Positions 1-9,556 of a DNA stretch of 64,000 bases are shown piece after piece. How positions within the stretch are numbered: position 1 is the stretch's first letter; every line of letters starts with the position of its first letter. The translations under genes and the position numbers were made by a program. Origin of the DNA: Candidatus Poribacteria bacterium (GTDB lineage: Bacteria > Poribacteria > WGA-4E > JAJDTR01); assembly GCA_965222225.1 (NCBI GenBank), contig CBDCTK010000002.1, positions 4,512,001-4,576,000 on the forward strand, read 5' to 3'. The notes under the pieces were generated by a model. The model did not search any database, was not told the origin of the DNA, and was given only the letters and a program-made list of their open reading frames with translations.

Positions 1-637
1 GGGTTGCTTTGGTGACCGGAGGTTGGGCGATTGCAGGAAGCGTATAATCATACCATCTTTCAACGCCGAAACGGGCGAGGTTCACGTCTACAAGACCGCG
101 TTTCATCCTAGGTTAGAAAGGGACTACAAAGAAAAAGCAGTTGATGTAGCCCTTGCAACCGCATCTGCTCCATCCTACTTTCCTACACATCGGTCGGCTG
201 CGGGTACGCCTTTGCTAGACGGTGGCGTATGGACAAACAATCCGATAGATGTCGCCGTAATCAATGCGATTGCATTACTTGATTGGCCAAGGGATTCAAT
301 AAAAATCTTGAGTTTAGGCTGTACGTGTGAGCCAATAACTGTGAATCTGGGCAGGAACTTTTCGTTGGGAGGACTATACTGGGCAAAAAAGATCCTCAGC
401 GTGTTCATGCAAGCGCAATCTAATGCCGCTCTTGGAACGGCGAAGCTTCTTGCCGGGGGTGAAAATATCACTAGGATAGACCCAGTGGTGTCCCCAGGAA
501 GATTCAAATTAGGCGATGTGAAGGAAATGCCTTCGTTGAAAGGTCTTGGGAATTCTGAAGCCCGTAAAGCATTACCTGAACTCCGCAAGGTTTTTCTCGG
601 TGAACCAGCAGAACAATTTGATGCATTCTACAAATAA
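1..637 (+). CDS. Patatin-like phospholipase, CBASS effector (CapV-like), 5'-truncated by window edge
   Basis: ATASAPSYF and LLDGGVWTNNP patatin motifs; frame open from window start; directly upstream of a CD-NTase. Confidence 0.85.
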   Translation, partial: GCFGDRRLGDCRKRIIIPSFNAETGEVHVYKTAFHPRLERDYKEKAVDVALATASAPSYFPTHRSAAGTPLLDGGVWTNNPIDVAVINAIALLDWPRDSIKILSLGCTCEPITVNLGRNFSLGGLYWAKKILSVFMQAQSNAALGTAKLLAGGENITRIDPVVSPGRFKLGDVKEMPSLKGLGNSEARKALPELRKVFLGEPAEQFDAFYK

Positions 638-654
638 GGAGGATTTTTAGACTT

Positions 655-2196
655 ATGTCTATTGATTCAAAGCAACTCAGCCAACTACTAGAATCCATAG
701 CTGAAGCACTGGACATCTCTGACAGTCACTACGAACAAGCTGTAAACCGCTATGAAGCCATTGGTAAGTGGATGAATCGAGACGAATCCAGCGTTGCTCG
801 CTTCAATCCTGAAATCTACCCACAGGGCTCTATTGTGCTTGGAACAGTTACAAAACCCATCTCTGATGCCGACGAGTACGACATGGACCTTGTCAGTGAA
901 TTGAGTTTTCGAAAAATCGAGATTACTCAAGAGCATTTAAAGAACTTAATCGGAACAGAAATTAAAGGCTATGCCGGTGCTAACAACATGAATTCTCCGG
1001 CAAGAGAAGGGCGGCGTCACTGGACGCTAAGTTATGCGGAAGGTGCTCAATTCCATATGGATATCTTGCCTGCAATTCCAGACTCTGACGCGTATAAACG
1101 ACTCCTTGAGTCAAGAGGTCACCAATTATCTAGTTGGTCAGATTCTGCGATTGCAATTACGGACAACACGCTCGCCAATTACAGGTCCATTGATCCTGAC
1201 TGGCCTCGGAGTAATCCAAAGGGGTATGCAGCTTGGTTTAGAAGCCGAATGGAGACCGAGTTCAATGCAAGACGAAAGATTATAGCTGAATCCAGCCGGA
1301 CTCAAGTTGAGGACGTACCGGAATACAAGGTCAAAACGCCGCTACAGCGGGCTATCCAGGTACTGAAACGGCACCGCGATGTCATGTTCGCCAAGAATCC
1401 AGAAGACAAGCCAATCTCAATTATCATTACGACGCTTGCAGGCCTTGCCTACAACAATGAGCCAGATCTTCTAGATACGCTAAAGAATCTTGTGGCATGT
1501 ATGCCGAACCACATCCAAAACAGCAATGGAGCGATCTTGATATCCAATCCGGTGGACCCGCTTGAAAACTTTGCTGACAAATGGCAGGAACATCCTCAAC
1601 GAGAACATAACTTCTATGAGTGGCTTAGGCAGGTGCAGCAGGGCCTCGACAAGGCGTTGAAACTGAGTGACATTCCGAGCGTTTTGGAATCACTAAAACC
1701 GTGTTTGGGTGCACGGGTTATAAACGAAGCAGTACGGAATCTTCCCGAAGCGAAAAGCCGATATGTACCTCCTCTGGCCGCAAGTGCTAGTCGGAGACCG
1801 GGACTGTTTGATGTGCCGCACCGACAGGCTCCAAAGTGGCCAGTGCTGCCAAAGGGTTGGGTAGAGATTAGAGGTTGGGCATCACGTCGAGGATTCAGAC
1901 CAGAGCAATTCAAGAACGATTCAACGCCTCTGCCAAAAAGCTGTTCGTTGCGGTTTGAAGCGCGGACAAAAGTGCCGCGCCCGTATAGAGTGCATTGGCA
2001 GGTTGTAAATACTGGGGGTGAAGCGTTCGCGGCGAAGGGCCTTCGCGGCAACTTCTACAACGGTATTCTTGAGAACGGTTGCCACGCCAAAAGAGAAAGC
2101 ACACTATACAAGGGTATGCACTGGATTGAATGCTTTATTGTCAAGGACGGAGCCTGTTGGGCACGGAGCGGGGAGTTTGTTGTGAATATCCAATAG
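655..2196 (+). CDS. cGAS/DncV-like nucleotidyltransferase (CD-NTase/SMODS) with C-terminal AGS-C domain
   Basis: YPQGS..GT, EYDMD and HMDILPA catalytic motifs; C-terminal WQVVNTGGEA...ESTLYKGMHWIECFIVKDG typical of AGS-C; RBS AGGAGG. Confidence 0.9.
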   Translation: MSIDSKQLSQLLESIAEALDISDSHYEQAVNRYEAIGKWMNRDESSVARFNPEIYPQGSIVLGTVTKPISDADEYDMDLVSELSFRKIEITQEHLKNLIGTEIKGYAGANNMNSPAREGRRHWTLSYAEGAQFHMDILPAIPDSDAYKRLLESRGHQLSSWSDSAIAITDNTLANYRSIDPDWPRSNPKGYAAWFRSRMETEFNARRKIIAESSRTQVEDVPEYKVKTPLQRAIQVLKRHRDVMFAKNPEDKPISIIITTLAGLAYNNEPDLLDTLKNLVACMPNHIQNSNGAILISNPVDPLENFADKWQEHPQREHNFYEWLRQVQQGLDKALKLSDIPSVLESLKPCLGARVINEAVRNLPEAKSRYVPPLAASASRRPGLFDVPHRQAPKWPVLPKGWVEIRGWASRRGFRPEQFKNDSTPLPKSCSLRFEARTKVPRPYRVHWQVVNTGGEAFAAKGLRGNFYNGILENGCHAKRESTLYKGMHWIECFIVKDGACWARSGEFVVNIQ

Positions 2197-2253
2197 TCCA
2201 ATAACGCCTTTCGGCGATTGACGAATGCGGGAAAGAGCCTGAACGGTAATACT

Positions 2254-2281
2254 GTAGGGAACGCAGATCTGCGTTCCCTAC
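2254..2281. repeat. GTAG-type REP palindrome
   Basis: GTAGGGAACGCAGA-TCTGCGTTCCCTAC perfect palindrome between convergent genes. Confidence 0.75.
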
Positions 2282-2343
2282 GCTCCAGTGCGGGATTGAA
2301 AATTATCCGTGTTTATCTGGAGCCAAGTTCCGCTCTCCACGGG

Positions 2344-2703
2344 TCACGAGATTGAGGTTAGATCGACATCAAGGGCGGCGGCGATTGCTTTCAGTGTTTT
2401 GACGGAACCGGACTTACGTCCCGTTTCAATCTCCGCCAAATAGGCGCGTTGAATCCCGCACTTATCCGCCAGTTGCTGCTGGGTGAGGCCTCGATGGTCT
2501 CGATACACGCGGATTGGACTCTCCTCATTGAGAATCAGGCGATTGACTACCTCGCTGGGGAAAGTCTCTTCATCAACGGTTTTGGCTTCACGGAACTCTC
2601 GAACGTCTCTTAGCATCTCCGCATCTTCCATGAGCTGATTGTACTGTTCTCTCGGTACGAGGACATATTCCTGTCCCTGTTTTTCGACTGTTTCAATGTT
2701 CAT
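2344..2703 (-). CDS. XRE-family HTH antitoxin (HigA-like)
   Basis: RGLTQQQLADKCGIQRAYLAEIETG HTH_3 motif; overlaps toxin stop. Confidence 0.85.
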   Translation of the reverse strand: MNIETVEKQGQEYVLVPREQYNQLMEDAEMLRDVREFREAKTVDEETFPSEVVNRLILNEESPIRVYRDHRGLTQQQLADKCGIQRAYLAEIETGRKSGSVKTLKAIAAALDVDLTSIS

Positions 2704-2957
2704 CGGTACACACCTCCCCTAGGTCCAATTTTGATGATTTCGATGACGAGGACATCGTCATGGATTTCGCATAGCACGCGCCAATCTCCCACTCTGACCC
2801 GGTATCCTTGTTCACCCTTTAAGCGTGTTACATTGTTGTTCGGTGCATAGGGAGACGCGGCAAGTTGGTCAATCTTCCGCATAACGGTCTTCGCGAGGTT
2901 ACTTGGCATTCACCGAAGCATCTTTGTCGCGCTTGCTCGGTAACGAACCTTATACAT
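2700..2957 (-). pseudogene. RelE/ParE-family toxin with in-frame TGA at codon 16
   Basis: ATG at 2957 reads MYKVRYRASATKMLR*MPSNL...; stop at 2910-2912; YRVRVGDWRV and IGPRGGVY RelE motifs downstream in the same frame. Confidence 0.75.
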
Positions 2958-3173
2958 GCCATTCTATACTGTAGCTTAAAGCAACATAAAACTCAAGTAT
3001 TTTTTGCCGCTGAGACTACGATGGGAAGAATATCGGGATTGGTGGCAGCGTTATTTTGGTAGGCGAGGAGAGCGACGCTGTATGGATTCGTGTTTGGAGC
3101 TAAGTGGGAAACGGTGCGTCGACAAGAAGGATTTTCCAATCTTTCGCGCGCTCAGTTTCCTCCTTTTCACGCC

Positions 3174-4199
3174 TCATTCCTTTTTCCACGCATCTTCCTG
3201 CACCGCATCTGAATCGCCCTGTTCACGGATCTCCGTCCACCACCCGCGATTTTCAGCGTACCATCGCGTGGTCTCTTGGAGTCCGGATTGAAAATCGACC
3301 TGCGGTTCCCAGTCGAGTTCGCGCCGAATCTTTGACGAATCCAAGAGATAGCGGCGATCGTGACCCGGGCGGTCCGGAACATAGGTTTTCAGGGATTGCG
3401 GTTTGTCCAACGCCGCCAAGACGCCATCAGCAATCTCTTCAACGCTCTGCTCCACGCCGCTTCCGATATTGTAGGTCTCGCCGATATTTCCCTTCCGAAT
3501 AATCAGATCGATAGCCCGGCAGTGGTCCGAGACCGCGAGCCATTCCCGGCGATTCAGGCTGTTCCGATAGAGCGGAAGCGGTTTGTAGTCAAGGGCATGG
3601 GTGGTAAACAGGGGTATCACCTTCTCGGGGTGTTGATAGGCGCCGTAATTGTTCGAGCAGTTGGAGATTGTGACGGGAAAGCGGTAGGTTTCAAAATAGG
3701 CTCGGACAGCGTGGTCCGCCGCCGCTTTGGAGGCGTTATACGGTGTTCGCGGTCGATAGGGGTGGTTTTCCGTGAACTTTATCGGTGAATCCAGCGCGAG
3801 ATCGCCGTAGACCTCGCACGTGGAGATGTGGTGAAATCGCGAGATTTTGTATTTGCGGGCAAGCTCAAGCAGCATCTGTGTCCCCATGACATTTGTCTCA
3901 AAGAAAAGACGGGGGTTGAGGACAGCGCGACTGTTATGAGATTCGGCGGCGAAGTTTACAATCAGCTCCGGACGATGTTTTGCAATGAGGTCATCGACGC
4001 AGTCGTAATCCCCAATATCTCCACGCACCAAGGCGTACCGGCTCGGGTAGGTTTCGCTAATGTCGGCGAGGTTATTCAGATTGCCCGCGTAGGTTAGCAG
4101 ATCGATGTTGATAATTGAGTCGTTAGGATAGCGTTGGAGCCAGTAGCGGATGAAGTTGCATCCGATGAATCCGGCACCGCCCGTGACTAATAGTTTCAT
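3174..4199 (-). CDS. rfbB: dTDP-glucose 4,6-dehydratase
   Basis: VTGGAGFIG, FAAESH, STCEVYG, YNASKA, CSNNYG, RPGHDRRY motifs; start moved to MKLLVTGG. Confidence 0.93.
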   Translation of the reverse strand: MKLLVTGGAGFIGCNFIRYWLQRYPNDSIINIDLLTYAGNLNNLADISETYPSRYALVRGDIGDYDCVDDLIAKHRPELIVNFAAESHNSRAVLNPRLFFETNVMGTQMLLELARKYKISRFHHISTCEVYGDLALDSPIKFTENHPYRPRTPYNASKAAADHAVRAYFETYRFPVTISNCSNNYGAYQHPEKVIPLFTTHALDYKPLPLYRNSLNRREWLAVSDHCRAIDLIIRKGNIGETYNIGSGVEQSVEEIADGVLAALDKPQSLKTYVPDRPGHDRRYLLDSSKIRRELDWEPQVDFQSGLQETTRWYAENRGWWTEIREQGDSDAVQEDAWKKE

Positions 4200-4576
4200 A
4201 GGGCTTCCAGTCGTGCCGCCCCCCACTCCTTGCCTTCGAGTTCACGGAGCTCAACTTCCACTGCGCTGAGTTGGACATCAAACGCACTCAATTCCTCGGA
4301 GACGTGCGCATAGAAGTAAGCCGCCAGCATCTCGCAGGTGGGACATGCGGCTTGCTCCTCTGTCAAAGCAGTGTTCTCGTTGAGATAGGTGTCTGCTAGT
4401 TTTTCTACATACGGGTCGGTTATCTGGCGCAATTTAAGGATGTCTACAACCATGCCATCCTTTGGAACGCCCCTCACGTACAACTTCAGTGCCCAGAAAT
4501 GGTTGTGCGGTTTCTCCCGAACGGAGAGGCTGTGGCTCGCATAGAATTCAAACGGGACAATCACGGTTGTGTGCAA
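4196..4576 (-). CDS. 6-pyruvoyl-tetrahydropterin synthase / QueD-like T-fold protein
   Basis: ASH...HNH Zn ligands, GMVVD, YLNE, PTCE motifs. Confidence 0.7.
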   Translation of the reverse strand: MHTTVIVPFEFYASHSLSVREKPHNHFWALKLYVRGVPKDGMVVDILKLRQITDPYVEKLADTYLNENTALTEEQAACPTCEMLAAYFYAHVSEELSAFDVQLSAVEVELRELEGKEWGAARLEAL

Positions 4577-4736
4577 TTTTCGTTAATCCTTTCCTTCAGA
4601 ATCTGTTTGAGTAATGGGTAGAAAACCGTTTTTGGTCATTTAAATGTTATTGTTGTCGTCTGCGAAACACCTTGGCGATGAAAAGGGAAGTTGGTGATTT
4701 GATAATCGAAGATATCACGCTAGGTTGAAAAAGGCT

Positions 4737-4757
4737 GGTGCGCGATGCGCACCCTAC
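4737..4757 (-). repeat. GTAG-type REP hairpin (related copies at 5514-5534, 9367-9387, 12362-12382, 36710-36730)
   Basis: GGTGCGCGATGCGCACCCTAC = rc of GTAGGGTGCGCATCGCGCACC; several near-identical intergenic copies. Confidence 0.8.
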
Positions 4758-4759
4758 AA

Positions 4760-5332
4760 CTATCCAAAAAAGAGGATGAAGGCAATATAGAGGAGCACGG
4801 ATAGGGTGTTCACGGCAATCAATGCACCTTTGGCGGTGTTAGATTTCAGGCGTGGAAACAGGTAAACTGATACCCCGATTGTTGCCACTATCTCAACTGC
4901 CGAGACGATTCCCCCATGATACTCCGTTTCCCAGTAAGAAATAGGGCTCTTGAATTTGTAGTCCCAGAATGGGAAAAAGTGTCGATGGGCATCCTCGCGA
5001 TGAAGAAAAAAATCGGCCAGGTTGTGGAGCAGCATACTCCAACACACCACACGGACACGGTCGGATCGGAGAAGATAGCTGATACCGACGCCGAGGAGAA
5101 CAAGCGGTATTGAATTGAATGGGTCGATGAAGTTCTGCCATCGGGGAAGAAAATACCGTTCCGACCAGATTTCCGATTGAGAATGACCCAAAAACAGGGT
5201 CTCAACGCCAAAGAAGACAAAAATCGGGAGATCGGGCAATACCGCGCCGAGCAGTGCGCATCCGTGGTGATGAGGTTTATGCGCGCGCGAAAGCAACGCC
5301 ATGTTGATGAGCGCGTGGGATTGTGTATTCAT
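4760..5332 (-). CDS. Membrane protein, putative metal-dependent hydrolase (YdjM-like)
   Basis: N-terminal TQSH, GAVLPD, HNLADFFLH motifs with hydrophobic segments. Confidence 0.6.
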   Translation of the reverse strand: MNTQSHALINMALLSRAHKPHHHGCALLGAVLPDLPIFVFFGVETLFLGHSQSEIWSERYFLPRWQNFIDPFNSIPLVLLGVGISYLLRSDRVRVVCWSMLLHNLADFFLHREDAHRHFFPFWDYKFKSPISYWETEYHGGIVSAVEIVATIGVSVYLFPRLKSNTAKGALIAVNTLSVLLYIAFILFFG

Positions 5333-5436
5333 ACAGTCAGTTCGCGCAACATGTGAACCCTTCGGAGTCTTATCTCATTCTAACATACCGGTCGTCCTCC
5401 GTCAAACGCAAAGAGGGTAATCGAATCATGGATAAA

Positions 5437-5603
5437 GGGATTCTCTATGCGATTTCTATCGGGCTCATTATTCACTCGCTTGATTCTGCAGGGCATGTTG
5501 TACGAAAAAGGCTGGTGGGCAGTGCCCACCCTACAGGACTAATCGCTCAGTTAATTGTTCGCTTGAAAAATCTCTATCGCGCTCGCCATTCGGTTGCTTG
5601 ATC
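5437..5603. repeat. Cluster of ~37-nt hairpin elements around a REP
   Basis: Units at 5449-5485 and 5567-5603 plus partial halves. Confidence 0.8.
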
Positions 5604-5700
5604 ATTCTGCATTCCCGTTGACGTTCTTTAATTCGAGTGGTATGATTGGCGCCAGTGCGGGTGCACGCCATCGAATCATAATACAGGAGTTTATGCCATA

Positions 5701-6360
5701 TTGGACACTGTGCAGGCAACAGGAGTAATTCTTGCAGGCGGAGGCAGTCGGCGAATGGGACAGAACAAGGCGTTGATGTGCTTGGGGGATGAAACACTCG
5801 TTGCCCGTACCTTAAAGCGTTTACAATCCGTCACGGACGAAGCCATCCTCATTTCAAATGCGCCAAATCTGTACGCCGAATTGGGTGTGCGGGTGTACAA
5901 GGACCTTATTCCCAATGCTGGCGCGCTCGGAGGCGTCTACACAGGGCTTAGTTACGCGGGAAACAATGCTGTTCTCTGTGTTGCATGTGATATGCCACTC
6001 CTACAGCCCAAGTTAATGACCTATCTCGTCTCGGTTTTGGGAGAACATGAGGCTGTTGTGCCGTATACACGGGAGATGAAGGAGTCCAATCCGAAGTTAC
6101 AAACATTATGTGCCGTGTATTCACGGCGTTGCGCCCAAGTCATCCGCCAAATGCTTGATGAAGGAGAACTACGCCTTCATGCGCTCTGTGATCGGGTCTC
6201 AGTCCGCATGGTTCATCCAGACGCATGGCGAGAATTTGACCCGAAGGGGCTTTCATTCGAGAACGTAAACACACATGAGGACTTTGAAAGGGTGAGAGAG
6301 GCGTTAGCAGCTGAGATGATGGAGGAGGTTGATGATGTTAACGGTCGAAGAAGCGCGTAA
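5701..6360 (+). CDS. mobA: Molybdenum cofactor guanylyltransferase
   Basis: ILAGGGSRRMGQNKA, GALGG, ACDMP, NVNT motifs. Confidence 0.9.
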   Translation: MDTVQATGVILAGGGSRRMGQNKALMCLGDETLVARTLKRLQSVTDEAILISNAPNLYAELGVRVYKDLIPNAGALGGVYTGLSYAGNNAVLCVACDMPLLQPKLMTYLVSVLGEHEAVVPYTREMKESNPKLQTLCAVYSRRCAQVIRQMLDEGELRLHALCDRVSVRMVHPDAWREFDPKGLSFENVNTHEDFERVREALAAEMMEEVDDVNGRRSA

Positions 6361-7549
6361 ACGAATGCTGGACACTATCAGCGTTTTACCCCCGGAAAAG
6401 CGAGGCATTTTGGACTGCCTAGGCCATGTGCTCGCGGATGATATTTATGCCGTGGAGAACATCCCGCCGTTTGATAACTCGGCGATGGATGGTTTCGCTG
6501 TTATTGCCGAGGATGTTCAAGGCGCTTCCGAGGAGGCGTCGGTAAAGCTATCGGTCATTGAGACAATCGCCGCCGGATACGCGCCGAAGAAACGACTTGG
6601 TAGGGGGCAAGCCGCACGAATTATGACAGGTGCGATGATGCCGGCAGGAGCAGATGCGGTCGTCATGCAGGAGGTGACGCAGTTTGATGGAGCGAACGTG
6701 AAAATTTCCGAGACGGTGGAAAAGGCGGAAAACGTTCGATTCACAGGCGAAAGCGTGAAGAGTGGTGATTGCGTCATGTCTAGCGGAAAGCTTCTCCGTC
6801 CACAGGAGTGCTCAATGTTGGCATCACTGAATTGCTCGGAAGTGCTAGTGCACAGGCGTCCACGGGTAGCGGTGGTTTCTACGGGCGATGAACTAACGCC
6901 GCTCGGCAATGCATTGGAACCCGGAAAGATTCGCGACAGCAACCGCTACGGAATCTACGCGCAACTTCAAGAGGCAGGGAGTATCCCAATCGACATGGGC
7001 ATTGCTCGCGATGATGAAGCAGAAACCGAGCGCATATTCCGCGATGCACTGAGTCGCTCCGATGCTCTCATTACCAGCGGGGGGGTGTCCGTCGGTGAGC
7101 ACGACGTTGTCAAGACGGTTTTTTCCAAGCTCGGCGAGATTAATTTCTGGCGGGTGGCGATGAAACCCGGGAAGCCGCAAGCATACGGCATCGCCGATGG
7201 CAAGCCAATCTTCGGCTTACCGGGAAATCCTGTCTCTTCGCTTGTTGTGTTTGAACTCTTTGTTCGCCCAGCGCTCCTCAAGATGGCGGGGCACTCAAAC
7301 CCATTTCGCCCAACTTTTAGAGCCGTGTTGGACGAAGATATCGTTAATAGAGATAAACGAACCAATTTCATGCGATCAATCATTTCACAACGCGAAGGGA
7401 AGTATTACGCAAAAACGACCGGGCCGCAGGGGTCGGCTATTCTCTATTCACTTGTTTTGGCAAACGGTTTTATCGTTATTCCTGCGGGCGTAAACCTGAA
7501 GGCAGGAGACGAGGTGGAAGCGCAGTTTTTGGGTGATGGTGCCGGATGA
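6329..7549 (+). CDS. moeA: Molybdopterin molybdotransferase
   Basis: PPFDNSAMDGFA, IMTGA, STGDEL, SGGVSVG, KPGKP, GLPGNPVS motifs. Confidence 0.95.
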   Translation: MMMLTVEEARKRMLDTISVLPPEKRGILDCLGHVLADDIYAVENIPPFDNSAMDGFAVIAEDVQGASEEASVKLSVIETIAAGYAPKKRLGRGQAARIMTGAMMPAGADAVVMQEVTQFDGANVKISETVEKAENVRFTGESVKSGDCVMSSGKLLRPQECSMLASLNCSEVLVHRRPRVAVVSTGDELTPLGNALEPGKIRDSNRYGIYAQLQEAGSIPIDMGIARDDEAETERIFRDALSRSDALITSGGVSVGEHDVVKTVFSKLGEINFWRVAMKPGKPQAYGIADGKPIFGLPGNPVSSLVVFELFVRPALLKMAGHSNPFRPTFRAVLDEDIVNRDKRTNFMRSIISQREGKYYAKTTGPQGSAILYSLVLANGFIVIPAGVNLKAGDEVEAQFLGDGAG

Positions 7550-7660
7550 TACTCAACCCGTTTTCTTTGATTCATGCGTTACAGTTGTGGAAATATGGGA
7601 AAACGGGCAAGCGTCTAACAGTGTGTGAGCAAACCGAGATAGAATTGCAAGGTAAAAACC

Positions 7661-7993
7661 GTGATGAACCCCTCAGAAGGCAAAATGTGTCAAGAGATTG
7701 TTAGATATGTTCGAGATGTGGCGAGTCCGAGGAAAATCGTACTGTTTGGATCCCGTGCGCGCGGGGATGGCGATGAGGATTCGGACTATGATTTGCTCGT
7801 CGTGAAAGACAAGGTCAAATCACATCAAGACGAATCTCATCAGATCCGTGTGGCGCTTATGGCGCTCCCAATATTTGTGGATGTGCTTTTGAGGAGCTCC
7901 GAGGAAGACAAACAGAAACAACAACTCCAGATCGGGCTTCAAAAGTCATTGATGGAAGAGGGGGTTGTCTTATATGAACACGGCATCTCATGA
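7661..7993 (+). CDS. Minimal nucleotidyltransferase (MNT) antitoxin-like
   Basis: LFGSRARGD...SDYDLLVV motif; paired with HEPN gene. Confidence 0.85.
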   Translation: MMNPSEGKMCQEIVRYVRDVASPRKIVLFGSRARGDGDEDSDYDLLVVKDKVKSHQDESHQIRVALMALPIFVDVLLRSSEEDKQKQQLQIGLQKSLMEEGVVLYEHGIS

Positions 7994-8375
7994 ATTGGCT
8001 CGAACCTTATTGAGAAAAGCGGAAATTGATTTATTGAATGCCACCGTTCTACGAAATAGCAGTCAAAGGAATCGGGAGGGAGTTGGGCTCCATGTGCAGC
8101 AAGCTGTAGAAAAATCACTCAAGGCAATTCTGGCTTTTCATCAGATCCACTATCCGAAAACGCACGTAATTTCCGGATTAGTGCGCTTGGCAAGCGACAA
8201 TGATATTGAGCTTCCGGATACATTCCGTGAATCAGATCGCTATACGATTTATGCGATGGGTTTCAGGTATGATGAACTTGGCCCTCACGAAGAATTTGAC
8301 TTTGATGAGGCAGTGACACATGCCACGGAATGCGTAACCTTCGCGAAATCGATTGTAGAGAATGTGCCTTCGTGA
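7965..8375 (+). CDS. HEPN domain protein
   Basis: HVQQAVEKSLKA, PKTH, RY motifs; overlaps MNT gene. Confidence 0.85.
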   Translation: MSYMNTASHELARTLLRKAEIDLLNATVLRNSSQRNREGVGLHVQQAVEKSLKAILAFHQIHYPKTHVISGLVRLASDNDIELPDTFRESDRYTIYAMGFRYDELGPHEEFDFDEAVTHATECVTFAKSIVENVPS

Positions 8376-8505
8376 TTATTGGAGAGAGGCAGCCGAGGGG
8401 ACAGAGTTTGTTAGATCAATCAAAAGACACAAGGATACTTTTGATCGTTCCTTATAGTGGAGTAACATTGAATTTCTAGTTGGCGTGATTACTCCAAGAG
8501 ACCGC

Positions 8506-8544
8506 AAAAAAATGGGCAGAATACGACATTTGCGTATCCTGCCC
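8506..8544 (-). terminator. Intrinsic terminator after iscA-like gene
   Basis: GGGCAGAATACG/CGTATCCTGCCC stem preceded by an A-run on + (U-tract on -). Confidence 0.6.
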
Positions 8545-8565
8545 GACGTCCGCAATGAATCCCGA

Positions 8566-8895
8566 TTATACGCTGAAGGATTCTCCGCAACCGCATTCTG
8601 TTTTGGCGTTCGGGTTAGTAATCTTGAAGCCAGTGTCCATCAAACCGTCCTTGTAGTCCAAGGTCGAACCAGCTAGGTAAAGGGTGCTTCGCGGGTCAAC
8701 GAACACCTTGAGTCCGTGAAACTCGAAGACCTTGTCGTTACCTTTGGATTCGCCAAACTCAAGGTCGTACTGGAAACCGGAACAACCCCCGCCAACGACC
8801 TTCATCCGCAGACCAAACCCTTCCTCCGCGGAATGGCCCCCTCCTGAGATTAAACCAAGTGCCTTCTGCGCCGCGTTTTCAGTGACAGTTATCAT
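8566..8895 (-). CDS. iscA: IscA/ErpA/HesB Fe-S assembly protein
   Basis: GGGCSGFQY and NPNA..CGCGESF motifs. Confidence 0.9.
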   Translation of the reverse strand: MITVTENAAQKALGLISGGGHSAEEGFGLRMKVVGGGCSGFQYDLEFGESKGNDKVFEFHGLKVFVDPRSTLYLAGSTLDYKDGLMDTGFKITNPNAKTECGCGESFSV

Positions 8896-9283
8896 AAGCC
8901 TTCCCCTTCGTTCGTTTGTTTACCCTTGACATATAGTCGTTAATTGCAGATTTAAGAACCTTTTGTGCATCAATTGCGTAGCGTTGCTTATCTGGGGGCA
9001 AGCCGCCCAATACATCGTCGATTTGCTGATTTGTGATTTTCAATGCGTCGTGGATTGTGATGCCTGTGACGAGTTCCGTTACGACAGAACTCGCTGCGAT
9101 TGCGGTTGGACACCCAAAAGCCTTAAACCTTGCGCTGGCGATCCGGCCACGGTGAATCCTAATCCAAAGCTTTATCATCTCGCCGCTTGCGGGTGTTCCC
9201 ATAGTTCCCACACCGTCGGCGTCTTTTATCACCCCGACGTTTCGCGGATTTTTATAATGGTCGATGACTTGTGGGCTATACAT
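8879..9283 (-). CDS. IscU/NifU-N-like scaffold retaining only one Cys
   Basis: YSPQVIDHYKNPRNVG, FKAFGC..AIAASS, LGGLPPDK motifs. Confidence 0.8.
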   Translation of the reverse strand: MYSPQVIDHYKNPRNVGVIKDADGVGTMGTPASGEMIKLWIRIHRGRIASARFKAFGCPTAIAASSVVTELVTGITIHDALKITNQQIDDVLGGLPPDKQRYAIDAQKVLKSAINDYMSRVNKRTKGKAYDNCH

Positions 9284-9556
9284 CTGCCTTAACTTCCGTC
9301 GGTTAAGCGAACAACCATCCCTAATTATATGTTACCCAGTGCTCTATGTCAAATCAGAAGTTTCTTGTAGGGTGGGCACTGCCCACCATTTCCACTCGCG
9401 TCGTCGGTGTGTAGGGACATCCGTTGTGGACGCTCACGCTTGCATCGCACCTCGCGTGGTTTCTTGCTTCAGTAAACACAATCCTGCGTAGTCGCCCTAT
9501 CTTTATAGGGGCAAATCGCCGTGCTTGTCTCTACCATTAGCTACCAACCACTTTTT

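Noticed and set aside
5323-5601. Repeat-derived ORFs (GISIALVIHSLD-like peptides; also 12360, 36533, 58423, 63207)
   Set aside because: Variation is explained by base-pair covariation; there are no consistent starts or RBS, and frames differ among copies
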